From assembly GCA_011109175.1 (NCBI GenBank), contig RDEW01000021.1:73080-137079 (forward strand): 64,000 nucleotides of DNA. Direction: 5' to 3'. The translations under genes and the position numbers were made by a program. Source of the stretch: Dicyema japonicum. Its lineage: Eukaryota; Animalia; Dicyemida. The notes under the pieces were generated by a model. That model worked only from the letters and a program-made list of their open reading frames with translations, did no database searches and was not told the DNA's origin. Within the stretch, counting starts at the first letter, position 1. Each line of letters begins with the position of its first letter. Of this stretch, positions 52,309 to 64,000 are shown piece after piece.

Positions 52309-52927
52309 ATGGTTAGACAAAAATCAATCTGCAAGAAATGTGAAGCAATCGGCTACAGTGAAGAGATGCTTAAGTGCTCGAAATGCAAAAAATCATGTAA
52401 CCCCGATCTCTAAAGTTTTCTAGATCACACATCCTGTATAAACTATCCAATTGATCTCAAAAAATGCGGAAACCATGGAGGATGGATTTGTATGGACTGC
52501 AAAATGTGTGTAATATGTTGCGAACATTACTACGGGGAGGAACTCGTCGTGTGTAAGCAATGTGATCTCGCATTTCACCTTGAGTGTAATAATTCCCCAG
52601 ATAATGACCGCGTTGGAATTCCGATGTCCTGGTTGTGCTTTCACTGCAGCTGCCGTTTGCCCCATAAAAGAGTCAATGTGTTCGACTTAGCAAAATGGAA
52701 GCCATCGGAAGTGTCTGATTGGTTGAAGGGGTTGGGGTTTTTTGCGGAGTCTCAGGCATTTTTGGAGAAGGTAAACAGTTTGAGTCATTTGGCAGGAAAT
52801 TGATGGATTCGATCTTCTCTTTATAACACGGGATGAAGTCGTGGATGAATTGAATCTTCCCAAGGAATCAGCTATTCTTATTTTCTATGAAATACGCCTT
52901 CTAAAGAAAAATCTTACTTATAATTAA
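52309..52927 (+). CDS. Double PHD finger + C-terminal SAM domain protein (SAMD1/atherin-type SAM)
   Basis: Two C4HC3 fingers (C..C...C..C...YHTSC...WICMDC; CVIC...C..C..AFHLEC...WLCFHC) and SAM W.PSEVSDWL..LGF..ESQAFLEKEIDG..LL; introns of 27 and 25 nt; start uncertain. Confidence 0.85.
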
Positions 52928-53389
52928 TTTTAAGCCATAATTTTTTCTTTATTAAAATTTAAGATTTTTAATTTTAAGATTGGTTTTGTGTGCTTTGGTT
53001 AAAAAAACTTGAACGAATAGCAAAATGAATAATTGATTATGCAAGTTTTCATGTGTGCCATTGCTCGTGGAGAAAACCACCTGCAATTGCAACCAACAGA
53101 CTGAACATCTCTCTTTTGACATTACGGACCAAGGACCAAACTACCGTTCCCAGATTTCTTTGAGGTTTAGTGACATTGAGCCACTGAACTAAAATCAACT
53201 CATCGAAAGTTACTGATCCACCAGTTGAACATCAAAGTCTTCCAAAGAAATATTGACTAATGTTACTCCCTTGGTTATAATTAGTAACAAATTGCTTCCA
53301 TTCAAAAAATAGTTTACATCAAAATCAAAGACTCCATATTTCAAGAGATCCATCAATCTGAATAAACTAAGTTTATGGCTTTGGGAAAA

Positions 53390-54000
53390 TCAATTGACTG
53401 CTAACCCGGAAAAGTCGACGTTGACCCTATTCACGACAAACAGAAGACTAGGAAAAGAATCAATTGACGTCACACTGGATGGGAAAAATATCCCGCAAAA
53501 CAAATTCCAGAAAATCCTAGGAGTTACCTTTGACACATTAACATTCACAAAACACGTGAAAATATTTATTGGCTTGTACGAGGAAAATCAACTTCCTGAA
53601 GGCGTTCTTAGGGATACCTGAGAGACAAAAAAAATCTAAGTGGACTGGATGTCATATAAAAACAGTTCTTCGAATCTAGTAATGTCTGGGGATCTAACCT
53701 TACTGCTACGAATCTGGACAAGATCTGCAACATTCAAGTGAAGGCAGCAAACCTACTAAGGAAATATTCCCGTGTGGAAATCCAACCCAGAAACCTTGAA
53801 AATATGATAGAGGCGACTGGAATAGTGCCCCTGCGAAGGACTCGAGTATGAGGACCTCGTTCATATCGGAAATGCGCAGGAATGCAGTCGGAACACCGAG
53901 AAAAGATGCGAAGACTGTTGAGGGAGGCTGGGATCACCTGAATTTTGTTTATTTTGGATATGACGGTGGTTTTCTTGTTCAAAAATAATAATAATGGAAG
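53390..54000 (+). mobile_element. LINE family B 3' fragment
   Basis: ANPEKSTLTLF, QKILGVTFDT, ends REAGIT* + 3'UTR + AAT tail. Confidence 0.85.
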
Positions 54001-54741
54001 AAATCCTTGATTCACTTTTATGAGGCAAAATAAAGCAATGGGAATTGCATAGTAACCAACGTGACTCAGTTAGGTTTCGTAACTTTTACCCACTTAACTA
54101 CGTCCTCTATAATCAAAGATGACTCCCGTTCTGACTGACTATGACTTCCAAACAACACAAAACAATTTGATCATTGAATACAACTTCTTGTGTCTGTGGA
54201 TATCTTTTTAGAGATCAAGGTTGAGAAATTTGAAAAACTTCTATCACATCAGGTCCACGTTTTTTGAAGACTGTGACTTTGCTATTCAACAAAAAAGCTC
54301 ATTCCTTATTTTTCAGAGTGGACTGCAAGGTATAACTGAACTATACATCAATATCAATGCCCCCAATGTTTTCATCACACGTCCTGCCGTCGCGGACATC
54401 ACTTCATTCTTCGACGAAACATTTTTCATAATGGTAATCTTCACCAGTGGATTTGGTCAGGAGGTAGGTGACAGTTTTTTACAAGTATGACTTATATGGC
54501 GGCTATTCTACCACTTACCACAACCTCACTAACAAACACGCCTACAACACCAAACGACATACTCCTGACGGTTCTATCCATCAAAAAGAAATAAAAAACC
54601 TCAACTATAGAATGTCCCTTCAGGCATCAGCAACTTAGTACGGCAAAGAAAGAATCCCTACACTACAGTGACCTTATTTTGTAATGATATACTAATTTAA
54701 ACACAATGACATTTGTAATAGCAATTTAAAACGGTTAATAG

Positions 54742-55480
54742 TTAAACATAATCAAGGTCCCCCCAACACCAAACTGAGAACTGAATGTTTTTGCGTCAAT
54801 GTTGTACTTTCTTCTCAGCCATGACTGAACTACAAATATGTTGTCTGAAAATACCACAATCCCACACACCTGTCCACCTGTTTACTGCATCTTTCCCGTC
54901 AGCAATCTCCCTTTCCAGCTCGTCTATCACTGCAGGGTCACAATCCCTGTACTTCTCCAACTCATTTTCCAAATTTCCCCACTTCTGTCTTGATTTCCAA
55001 CGTGTTCTTTCAACAGGGATCTTCTTTCCTCCTAAAGTAACAGAGCCAGTCACCGTATCTTCACGGGAGGCCAGTAATTCGGCTTTTTTCTGTGAGAGAG
55101 AAACTTGCTTCTTCTCCAGAATTTGAATGGCCTCTTTGAGTTTGGAGATTTTGTTAACCAGCTATGCTTTAATACAAAATTACCACCATTTGGGCATTCT
55201 GGCTGGGATAGGACCAGAAATAAATACTTGTGCGATTTTTTCGGATTCGACGAGGGAGTCGTCAACGAGACTGGTGAGGATGTCTTTGGCCACCATTGAA
55301 GATATGCCCTTTTCTTTTTGACATAATTTTTCTATTTCTTTTTTAATTAAAGAACTCTTTCTTACAATTCAATGATAATATTACCTTTTCGTGGAAAAAG
55401 TCCCAGCATTCGGCTTCTTTTCTCTTCAAGACTTAGTCCGCGTTTTTTGGACTAAACGTTACTCAAGAAACATCAACCAT
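54742..55480 (-). CDS. MND1: Meiotic recombination factor MND1; six apparent 1-nt indels (assembly error or pseudogene)
   Basis: M|[66 protein letters not shown]; five introns of 22-26 nt. Confidence 0.9.
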
Positions 55481-56029
55481 ATTTCCCGGTTTAAATTTAA
55501 ATTTATTGTTTTATTTTTAATTATGATTGTAAGATTTCTAATATTAAAAAAATAACTAAAAAACTCTTATAAATCATTAATTGGGATCACGTGACAGTTT
55601 TTACCGTGGTCTTAGGATGTTAAATAAATGAATAATGATAACCCACTGAAAAAACCTAACCGGGCTATGAAAAATCGGGAATCATCCCACTAAAGACCAC
55701 TTCACTCCCTTCACTCCTAGTATATTGAGCCATACATTTCTTGTGCAGGCGCCTCATGGGGCCTTTTATTCCCTGGATGATGCCCAGAAAATAGTGGCTA
55801 CACAAAAAGGGCTTTGTGAATGACAGAGAAATGATCTACGGGGAAAATGCTTCTTACTGGAAATAACAGAGAAACTGAGTCATTTTATAATTATACAGTC
55901 ATTTACGTTAAATAATAATAATAAAGCCTTTTCACGAGAAGCCATAGTATTTTATAGCTCCGCATAGGCAGGACACACACTTTATTTAAGTAAAGAAAAC
56001 AGTTAATTTTAACTAATCGTAGAACCAAG

Positions 56030-56246
56030 GAATGATCTTCACTTCTTTTTTTTCTTTTTCTTGTGTGAGTGTCCTTTCTAGACAATCCAGTTCCGCAGTG
56101 AGTATTCACTGATGACGGCGTCACTCGTCAAACCATTTCTGCATCGTAGATGCGTGGAACCTTCCACCAGGTGAACAGCAGCGAGAATTCGAACCCGTAA
56201 CCTAAAGTCACTTAAGCCCGACACCTAACCACTAAAGCCACCGGCC
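56030..56246 (-). mobile_element. tRNA-derived SINE (family D)
   Basis: A box TGGCTTTAGTGG, B box GGTTCGAATTC; body ttgacgagtgacgccgtca...ctcactgcg also at 8795-8880; A-rich end. Confidence 0.7.
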
Positions 56247-56588
56247 ATTTACGTTAAAAGTCAGAAATTTTGAAGTGCTAAATAATAATAATAATACGGT
56301 TTTGCTTCCTCAGTTCGTAGTGGGACGCACTTTCCAGGTCTATCCACATCAGCCATTGTTGGAACCCCTCCACTAGAGTAGTGAATGACGAGATCCTTTT
56401 TAGATTCCAACAGGGCACTGGGTTATCTGAATCCTTAGAAATTAAAGAAGGCAGAGAGCAGAAAAGAATCATTCGACCAAGTAGGTAACTCGTCTAACAC
56501 AAGAAAACTATGCTGGAGTAAAGGGGAATAAATCTCCATGGCTTAACTCTCAAGAAATAAAGTTTATGTCACAGTCAGTCTGTATTAC

Positions 56589-57864
56589 TCAAAAATACAT
56601 AACAAAGTCATTATCAATCAATTTGTGCCATTCTAACAGGCCTCCTTTGATATTTACAAACTCATGGTTCTCGAATTCACTATGGGAGGACAAAGTCTCC
56701 ACAACTCTCCCAGAATCTAGTCCTCTCTTGCAGATAACATAAATTGGGGGACATTTCTCACCATCAAACATATTTTTGAGCAGCCTCGTTAATTCTGAAC
56801 GTCCTTTGAAGGAAAACAAATCAGTATGCGATATATTTATGTAATAATCACAGCTCAGATGACAAATCTCGGTCTCAACCGGATTTCTGACGTCCAAGAG
56901 AACGTGACTAAGCTTGGAATCCCTGATTTTCGAGTATTCCTGAACTGAAATCCCACACTGCAGCTCGCAGTTCTAAGAATAATAGCTAAGGTCACACCGA
57001 TTCCAGTACACATTCCTTCAATTCTGTGATCGAGGGGTCGTCTCCGCACACAGGACAGCTAGATTGACGTCCCCTCAGCTTAAACGTCTTAAAACTCGCA
57101 GAAAGTCCGTTATAAGTCAGTAATAAACCACTTAGAGGTTCTGGAACTCAGACGTTTGGTAAACCTCCAAAGGAAGTGACCACTTTGATGGCCTCCATAG
57201 CTTGAAGGGTCCCCATAATGCCAGTAATCGTTGGGAAGATTCCGTTTTCCGCACAACTCCCTGCCAAAACAGTTGGAGGCTGCGGATAAAGACAGCGATA
57301 ACAGGGACCGTTGTAATTATATACTGTCAGTTGCCCCTGGAAACCTAGAGCAGCCGCAGATATCAAAGCACGTGACATCATCACACATGCATCGTTAATC
57401 AAGTATCGTGACGTCACGTTGTCAGTGCAGTCCAAGACCACGTGGAACTGGTCTATAATCGAGAAGGCGTTATCAGAGGTGATGGCCTCATTAAAAATGA
57501 TATAATTAGTGGTTGAATTGATTCTACGTCATTAAAACTACAAAGAACTTTGCAAGTCTATCTCTGGCACGTGTCACCTTTGGAGGCCAACGTCTGAATC
57601 AGAAAACAAAGTTTGCCTCGGAAGATTAGATAAAGAGACGGAATCAAAGTCCATGAGTCCAATCGTGCCTTAAAGTCAATCGAAGGTAAAAACCTACACC
57701 GGAAGATGCCAAATGGAGGGCAGCGGGACAACCAAGTCCTCCAACACCAATAATTAAGACCCGGGAGTCCTTCAGAGTGATTTGTCCTTTAAGTAAGAAT
57801 TTACTTTACTTGAGAGACCAAATTCGGGCAAAATTAGTTGTCTACCATAACGAATATAATCCAT
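56589..57864 (-). CDS. MOCS3: MOCS3/UBA4 adenylyltransferase-sulfurtransferase (E1-like + rhodanese)
   Basis: [58 protein letters not shown], rhodanese CKRG; one apparent missing C at ~57582. Confidence 0.93.
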
Positions 57865-57974
57865 AATTTTAATTTGAAATGATACACACGTAAAATCATT
57901 TATTATAAAATTAATATTTCTTAATATTTTTTAAACTATTAAAATGATTTAAATTTTCAGTCGTACTGGGGTAT

Positions 57975-59767
57975 ATGAATGCTAGTGAGAATAGAATTTA
58001 TTATTACATATTTCCTAAATTAAACCCCACGACGCCTAATTTACTGGAAAAATTATCGAAACTATGCACAGAAGTGCTTTCTTACTCCCAGAAGTTACAC
58101 GAGAATTACATTTGGTACAACGAGGGATTCACTCTATTTCCAAAGTTAACTTTCAACAACCCTGACTCCATTGTACCCCATTTGTGTGGATCTACTGATT
58201 GTGACGAAAATATCGACGACGAATGGCTGATTGTCTACATATTGAGGAATATATCTATTTACTTCACTGATTTTGTGATAAAGTCTCCACATTTTCTTAT
58301 ATTCCAGAACAGTCGACTGTGATGGAGAATTCCTGCCCATTGATGCTGACGATGTTATTCCCGGATGGTTGGACCCTGAAAATGCCGACAATCGGGTATT
58401 ATATTCACAAACCGAAGGTTTACCTCTCAACTGGTGGACTCCACATCCTCGACCTCTCCTTTGATGTTTCCGATATTTTAAAGGCCGTTCAAATAGTCCG
58501 CAGCAATCAAAACACACGTGCGTCCTCCAAAGTTCAGGATGCCGTTCTTTCGAGAATTAACGAGTAATTTGCTAATACTTAGTAGATTTCCCGACAAACT
58601 TGATAGCAAAAAACATCATAGCACATGTTTTGTCCCTTCAACCCTCGTATTGCTTCTCCGTAGAGATCCCCAACTCTTATCCGTCTTTATACGCAATTTT
58701 GTACATAGAGATAACCTTCAGCTAGCAAAAGTATATCGAATATCACTAAAACAGGCAATGAAATGCATTACCGAACGATTTCCGCCGGAAACGAGGATTA
58801 TGCACAGAGTTGGCGTAGGATTTTACCTTAGATTTGCTTTTCCCGCTGTCTATTCGCCAGATTGTCACAGGAAAGGTTCTTCCCTCCCACCAGGTCGAGT
58901 TGGATGACTTCTGACATTCCTCCCAGTAAGCTACCCCAATATGAGCTCGGGTTAAAATTGGTAACTTTCGTTGGTTGAATTAAGACATTTGGGGCTGCTA
59001 TTTACCTCACCAGTTGGGGTTTTGAGTCCTCAGGTACTGATTTCGAGAAAAAACAGGCATTTTTTGATGTCCTAAATAAATCTGGATATTTTCAGGTTAT
59101 GACTGTGATTATTGAAGGGCGAGGTTGAGGGGAGTACCCTTCACTGTGACCTGAAACGTACTGCTGAAGAGTTCTATGCGATTAGCTGCGAGGATAAGCG
59201 GAAGATATTGTCCCCTAATAGATTGTTTAGATTATATCTCTGGTTGTAACTTTAATGTTGAAGGTTTGAGTCATTTATATGTCGTAGGTGATGTGGGGGA
59301 GGACGATTGTGAGGACTGGATGACGATAGACCCTGAGAAATTTGAGGAAATCCTGAGGTCCCCCTCTGCTAAGAACGTGGTCCCCAATGCTATGGACGGC
59401 TTTGTTGCCGCTGAGTCAGAGTTTGATGGAGTTGTCCCTTCAGATGAGTTGGTAGTTTGTTTACTTGTAGTCTTCTGGGATTTGATGTTGATCAATTGGA
59501 AAATTCTTTGAGAAGGCTGTTGTTTGATGAGGAGGTTGAGGAGGAAGTGGATGAAGAACTAGAAGACCTATTTGATGTAATGGATGATGAGCTGTTGGAC
59601 TCTAAAATGAATGATAGTTTCAAGAAATCGGTTGTTTGGTTGAGTGACTGTGTAGAATGGACAAGTTGAGGTTTCTTGAGTCATTTGTCAGTCAGAATGG
59701 AGAGTGTGGCCCTGTTGAAACTCTAATGAAACAGTTGGGACTCGATTATACGTTTCATTCTCCTTAA
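57975..59767 (+). CDS. ECD: Ecdysoneless / SGT1-like protein
   Basis: YIWYNEGF, ENIDDEWLIVYILR, DGEFL.I.A...P.WLDPENA.NRV, FSRCLFARL.Q..F.P, GYFQGEVEGS, FLESF.SQ.G..GP; two apparent +1 A indels (~59217, ~59656). Confidence 0.9.
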
Positions 59768-61689
59768 TATTTACTTTTTTATTTCACTGTGATTTGTTGA
59801 CTTATTTTTGTATTCGAAGTTTAAGAATATTCGAGAATTAAGTTTTTATAATTTGGACAAGATTTATCCTAACCTGGGCAACAATTGTGACTACGCTGAA
59901 AAATCTGTTTGCTCCCCTGTTTTTACATAAGGCCACTCTTTGTGCATTGCACTGAGGTTGTTTAGAAAATCGCCTTTATAATTGAAAGAACAAGGTACCT
60001 TACTCTATTGTGGTGAATCCTGCATTTAAAGACCACTCTTTTGGATAATGATATATCTCAAAAGAATATTTGTCAAAGGCAGTGAAGCTAACAAATTCTT
60101 CTTCCGTCTCCAGTTTAATGAATCAAAGAATACAACACTGGCTTCTTTTAAGGATGTTTAGTCTCTCTGGGTGATCACTTGGTCCTGACACATGATCAGA
60201 TTGGCTCTATGTAATGACAGAGGATTTGTGATCCCACTTAAAAGCATTAACCAGAGCAATGAAGAAATGCAGGTTTTACATGCAATAAATCACGGAATAT
60301 ACGTGAAGAACGTAGATCTTAGTACTCCATCACGCCCTTTCAGTTGGAAGTACGATTTTTTCTATGGAAAAGCTCTGGATAAAGTTGTTGAATTATTCAA
60401 TTTTATTTTCAAATTTTGGTTAACTGTTGAAAAACCATAAAATTCTTCAAATTTTTTATTTTCTTATGGACAAAGCTGAGAAGATCACGGTTATCCAGAA
60501 AAGAGCGTATAGTAACAGAATAGTGGATCACGGAAAACGACTGCCGCAAACACTCGTGGAAATCCTAATTCGTCTAAACTTTTCATGGTTCACAGTACAC
60601 CGTACGGACAAGTTATCCGCCCATCACGGGTTTGTGTGACCCAAAGGAAAAACACTGAACTAAGTTGAAAGATCTGTTAGGATGTGTCGAGATCTCAGTC
60701 ACCAGTTCTTATCTTAACCCTAACAACAAAATCATATGAAGAACACATGAGTTTCACGACGAAGGCGAGAAATAAAAATTTCAGAAAGATGGTTCAATTG
60801 AAAAGATTCTATCCGTAATTTTTCATTTTCAAGTTCTACGAGATGCTCAATCTAAATTGGTTTGACTTTCTTTCGTTTGTGGTGGTTTAAATTTAAAATA
60901 TGATTTTTGGCCACATTACCCCCAAAAACTACAATAAAGACAGAAATTACACTGAAAGAAGCAGTTCTTACATGATCCGAAGAGATACGGTTAATTTTAA
61001 AAATAATACAGAACAAACACCAACAAGTTCTTTGAGCATTGAAAATAATATTTTTGTGACCTTCTCTTCGAAAGTTGTTACGGAGATATAACATATTTTG
61101 ATTTGAGGTTTCAATGAGTATAAATGTGTTTTCTTATCAAAAAGTCGTATCAATGTCTCACATAACTCATCGGGGTCTGTCTAAAGATATATCGATAGAA
61201 AAGTAATGTAAGCCTTTTTATTGATTAATTACAAGAAAATATTTCCAAGGTCATAATTGTGACAAATAAGTGAGGTTAATTATATAAAGCACAAAACGCA
61301 AGAAAGTACAATAAAAAACTAAAAAACCAATTTTATCGACAAATCACACTGATTTTAGTGATTTCCGATTTTACATGACTTCCAACTTTTTAGAAAGGTA
61401 ATGTGTCTAAGAAATAACATGAATTTCAAACAAAATGAAAAAGGGTTTTAAATTGGTCACTCAAGTTTAGATTGAATATCTACACATTTTCAACGGCCAT
61501 TCTTATTAAGACGTGACTATTGTCTTTGGTTATTATTTAAAATAACACACATTATTAAATAAATTTAAAATATTTCTGTTAAAGCTCCGAAATTTCTGTC
61601 AATTGGAAATGGAAAGTTCAAATTTGACAAGTGTCGGGAGTTTTGATAACTGTTCATATCTTTCTAACTGTTCGGTGAAATTTTGGCCA

Positions 61690-61810
61690 ATTCGGCTGCG
61701 TTGGCCGTGAATATGGGAAAAGCGTCATTCCGTCTGGTCTCTTGCCATCTACACGATCCAGTTCAGCAGACTCCAGTTGAGCTGGGAAGCCTGTTCGAAG
61801 AATAACATTA
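61690..61810 (-). mobile_element. CRE-like REL fragment
   Basis: [24 protein letters not shown]. Confidence 0.75.
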
Positions 61811-61817
61811 TTCAATG

Positions 61818-62119
61818 CGGTGTGACGAAGTGACGACCTGCACTCCTTTTTGTTTTCTGTTTGTTCGTCTGTTCTCCTCTCTCTTCTTATTAGAGTGGCG
61901 TCATGTGGTCCACCTTTCTAGCTGGCGCTCAGAGCCTGGCTGGCTTAAAAAGGATCATTTGCTCTCCCTTACTTCACTGGAGGGGTTTCCACAACTGCAA
62001 GTATGAACGTCTTTTAGCCTTTATGTTGATTCCGGATGGACTCTGTTTCTGTGGAAGTGGAAACTGGATACACTTAACTAGTCGTTTACTTTATCTTCTT
62101 TCTCTGTGAATCCGTGGTT
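61818..62119 (+). repeat. SINE-like family A, near-full copy
   Basis: Colinear with the 24400 and 26924 copies. Confidence 0.85.
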
Positions 62120-62965
62120 AATAAGTAAATAAATTAATCTTTAATGATAGAAAAAATACTCGAATGCCTAAATATTCTTCAGCGTTGTCCGGCTGTGTGT
62201 AAACAGTCTATCATAACCTGAGGAAGTGACAATATAAGAGACACACTTCCTTTTGAAAAAATACACAAAAAATTTGCGATTCGATCGTATAATAATGAAA
62301 TTGTTTAAATGGGGACCGATAATTTTTAAAAAATAAATTATTAACCTCGGTTTAGCTAATTTGTATGAAATGGAGATCGAAAGATCGAAAATATCCTCAG
62401 CCCAAATAGGCTAAACTCATAAAAACCTGTCTGTCGAGAGTTATGAATTTCTTCATCTTTAGGATCTTAGCCTTCTCCGAAGCAGAACCTGGGTTAGTTG
62501 CTGTCATAATAAGGTTAGGAGAGAGTGGTTATCCAGACAGGTAATGTCCCAAGGAAGGGTATCTACTGCTTTCTCATAGGAAGAGATTTTTACCGTTAGT
62601 TTTTGGTTGGCTGGGTAGTCCGGTCGGCACTAATCCGATAAAAAATCCGAACACCTCAAGTCTCTGCAATAACTCCGTTGATTGTGGCGTGTCTTGGACT
62701 CATTCCATCACTCCTCCGTAAGAAAAGAACATGAAGACCTTTGGTCTCGATCATCTCTTCACGTCTAGAACGATGTATCGTGCAATCATCAATTCAAAAG
62801 TTGACGAAAAAACCCATCTTCGTCACGTCTTCATCTAATAGTGTCCCAAGTGAAGAGCATGCTAATGCTCTGAGTCAGGCACCACTTTGTTTATAGATGT
62901 AGAACCCAGACAAGCCAGACTATGCTGGTCAAACTCAGCTTTATTTCGTCTATGATCTTTAAGCA

Positions 62966-64000
62966 TATTGTTCGCTTATTATTATTATATTATTATTATT
63001 ATCAGCACTGCCGAGAACACATAAAAAAACAAAAGTCAATTAAGGTTCCCTTGTGCCGCGCCGGCCACCCTTTGCACCAATCGCATCCAAAGGCCTCTCC
63101 GTTTCGCAAGATCTCTTAGTTCATCGAGGTCATCCATTGTTTTCAACTCCCTGCCTATGGCTTTTAGGTCCTCATTTAACGTGATAGGTATGGTTGTTCT
63201 AGGCCTTCCTCGGAATGATTTTGTTTTTTCCATGAAATATTCATCTATTACGTGATTTGCCGGGACATCCAGGTCCATCCTCAGAATGTGACCGAACAGT
63301 CTCCATCTCGATCTTCTGATTTCCATGGATAATGGTTCTGTTTTGCTCAACTTATATAATTGTTCGTTTTTGATCTTCATTTTGTAGTGAATATTAAGTG
63401 CCTTCCGAAGCATACTGCGGTCGAAACTGTCAATAGACTCCATTGCCCGTTTAGACAAACCCCATGTCCCACAGTTATATATTAGGATGGGCACAACAAA
63501 GTATTTGTATATCATAAGCTTTATTTTTCCACAAAGTCTTCTTCCCGAACTCCATATTTTAGATAGGCTTCTGAAAGCACCAGATGCAAGGATTTTCCGT
63601 CGAGCTACATCTTCCTCGTCCCCAAGAGCGATCCGACCTTCTTATGTCTTCTCCACGTCTCGTCGGATATCCTCTCTGCACGGCTGAATGATGTAAATTC
63701 CGTTTTGTCAGTGTTTATCTTCAAGAACCATTTTTGGAAAATGTTAGGAAGATGTTCGTTTATGTACTTGAGAAATTCAGAATCATCCGATACAAAGTCC
63801 AGATCGTCTGCGTAAATCAACTCATAATATTGTCCTTTAATGGATAATCTGAAATCCCTCAGTGCAGCCTCAAGATAAATAATAAATAGAATAGGAGACA
63901 ACGAATCCCCTTGTGGAACTCCCCGAGTGGTTTTAAAAAAATTGGAAGCGGTATTTCCGATTTTGACAGCCAGGTGAGTATCTTCTAGGAGCAAGGAAAT
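62966..64000 (-). mobile_element. RTE-like LINE 3' portion, runs off the window
   Basis: GVPQGDSLSPILF, IYADD, PILIYNCGTW, RWRLFGHILRM; (ATA)n tail at ~62966-63000. Confidence 0.9.

Noticed and set aside
59190-59221. Non-canonical AT-AG intron in ECD
   Set aside because: A single extra A at ~59217 gives a better alignment (ILSPIDCL) and fits the local indel pattern.
59780-60420. Possible gene after ECD (pieces such as LETEEEFVSFTAFDKYSF or SDHPERL)
   Set aside because: No consistent spliced model on either strand and no recognisable homology.

Overview
AT-rich eukaryotic, almost certainly animal, genomic DNA: a two-finger GATA factor is present. Compact genes are split by ultra-short GT-AG introns, mostly 21-27 nt, which the ORF track fragments. 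This intron size best fits a dicyemid mesozoan (inference from intron size, not proven). Gene models were spliced by hand. Recognisable genes: Acinus, two near-identical MED19 copies in inverted orientation, a Mn-CDF/MTP transporter, HINT, U2A' (SNRPA1), EXOSC8/RRP43, GATA, DDX19, a double-PHD+SAM protein, MND1, MOCS3/UBA4 and ECD. There are also two tRNA-Ile(AAT) genes, a small secreted-looking acidic orphan ORF and two unassigned spliced gene candidates. Most intergenic space is transposon debris: CRE-like RT+REL retrotransposons, APE-type LINEs (I/Jockey-like and RTE-like), Charlie-type hAT elements, pogo/Tigger remnants and two SINE-like families. Best leads: (1) a gene-sized inverted MED19 duplication mirrored by tRNA-Ile; (2) the minimal-intron splicing code (AAG/GAG acceptors, stop-containing 3n introns); (3) recently mobile, apparently non-site-specific REL retrotransposons with AAT-starting TSDs; (4) a structured ~310 bp non-tRNA SINE-like family; (5) MND1 with six homopolymer indels, more likely assembly error than decay. 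No CRISPR array, rRNA or prokaryotic system was seen.
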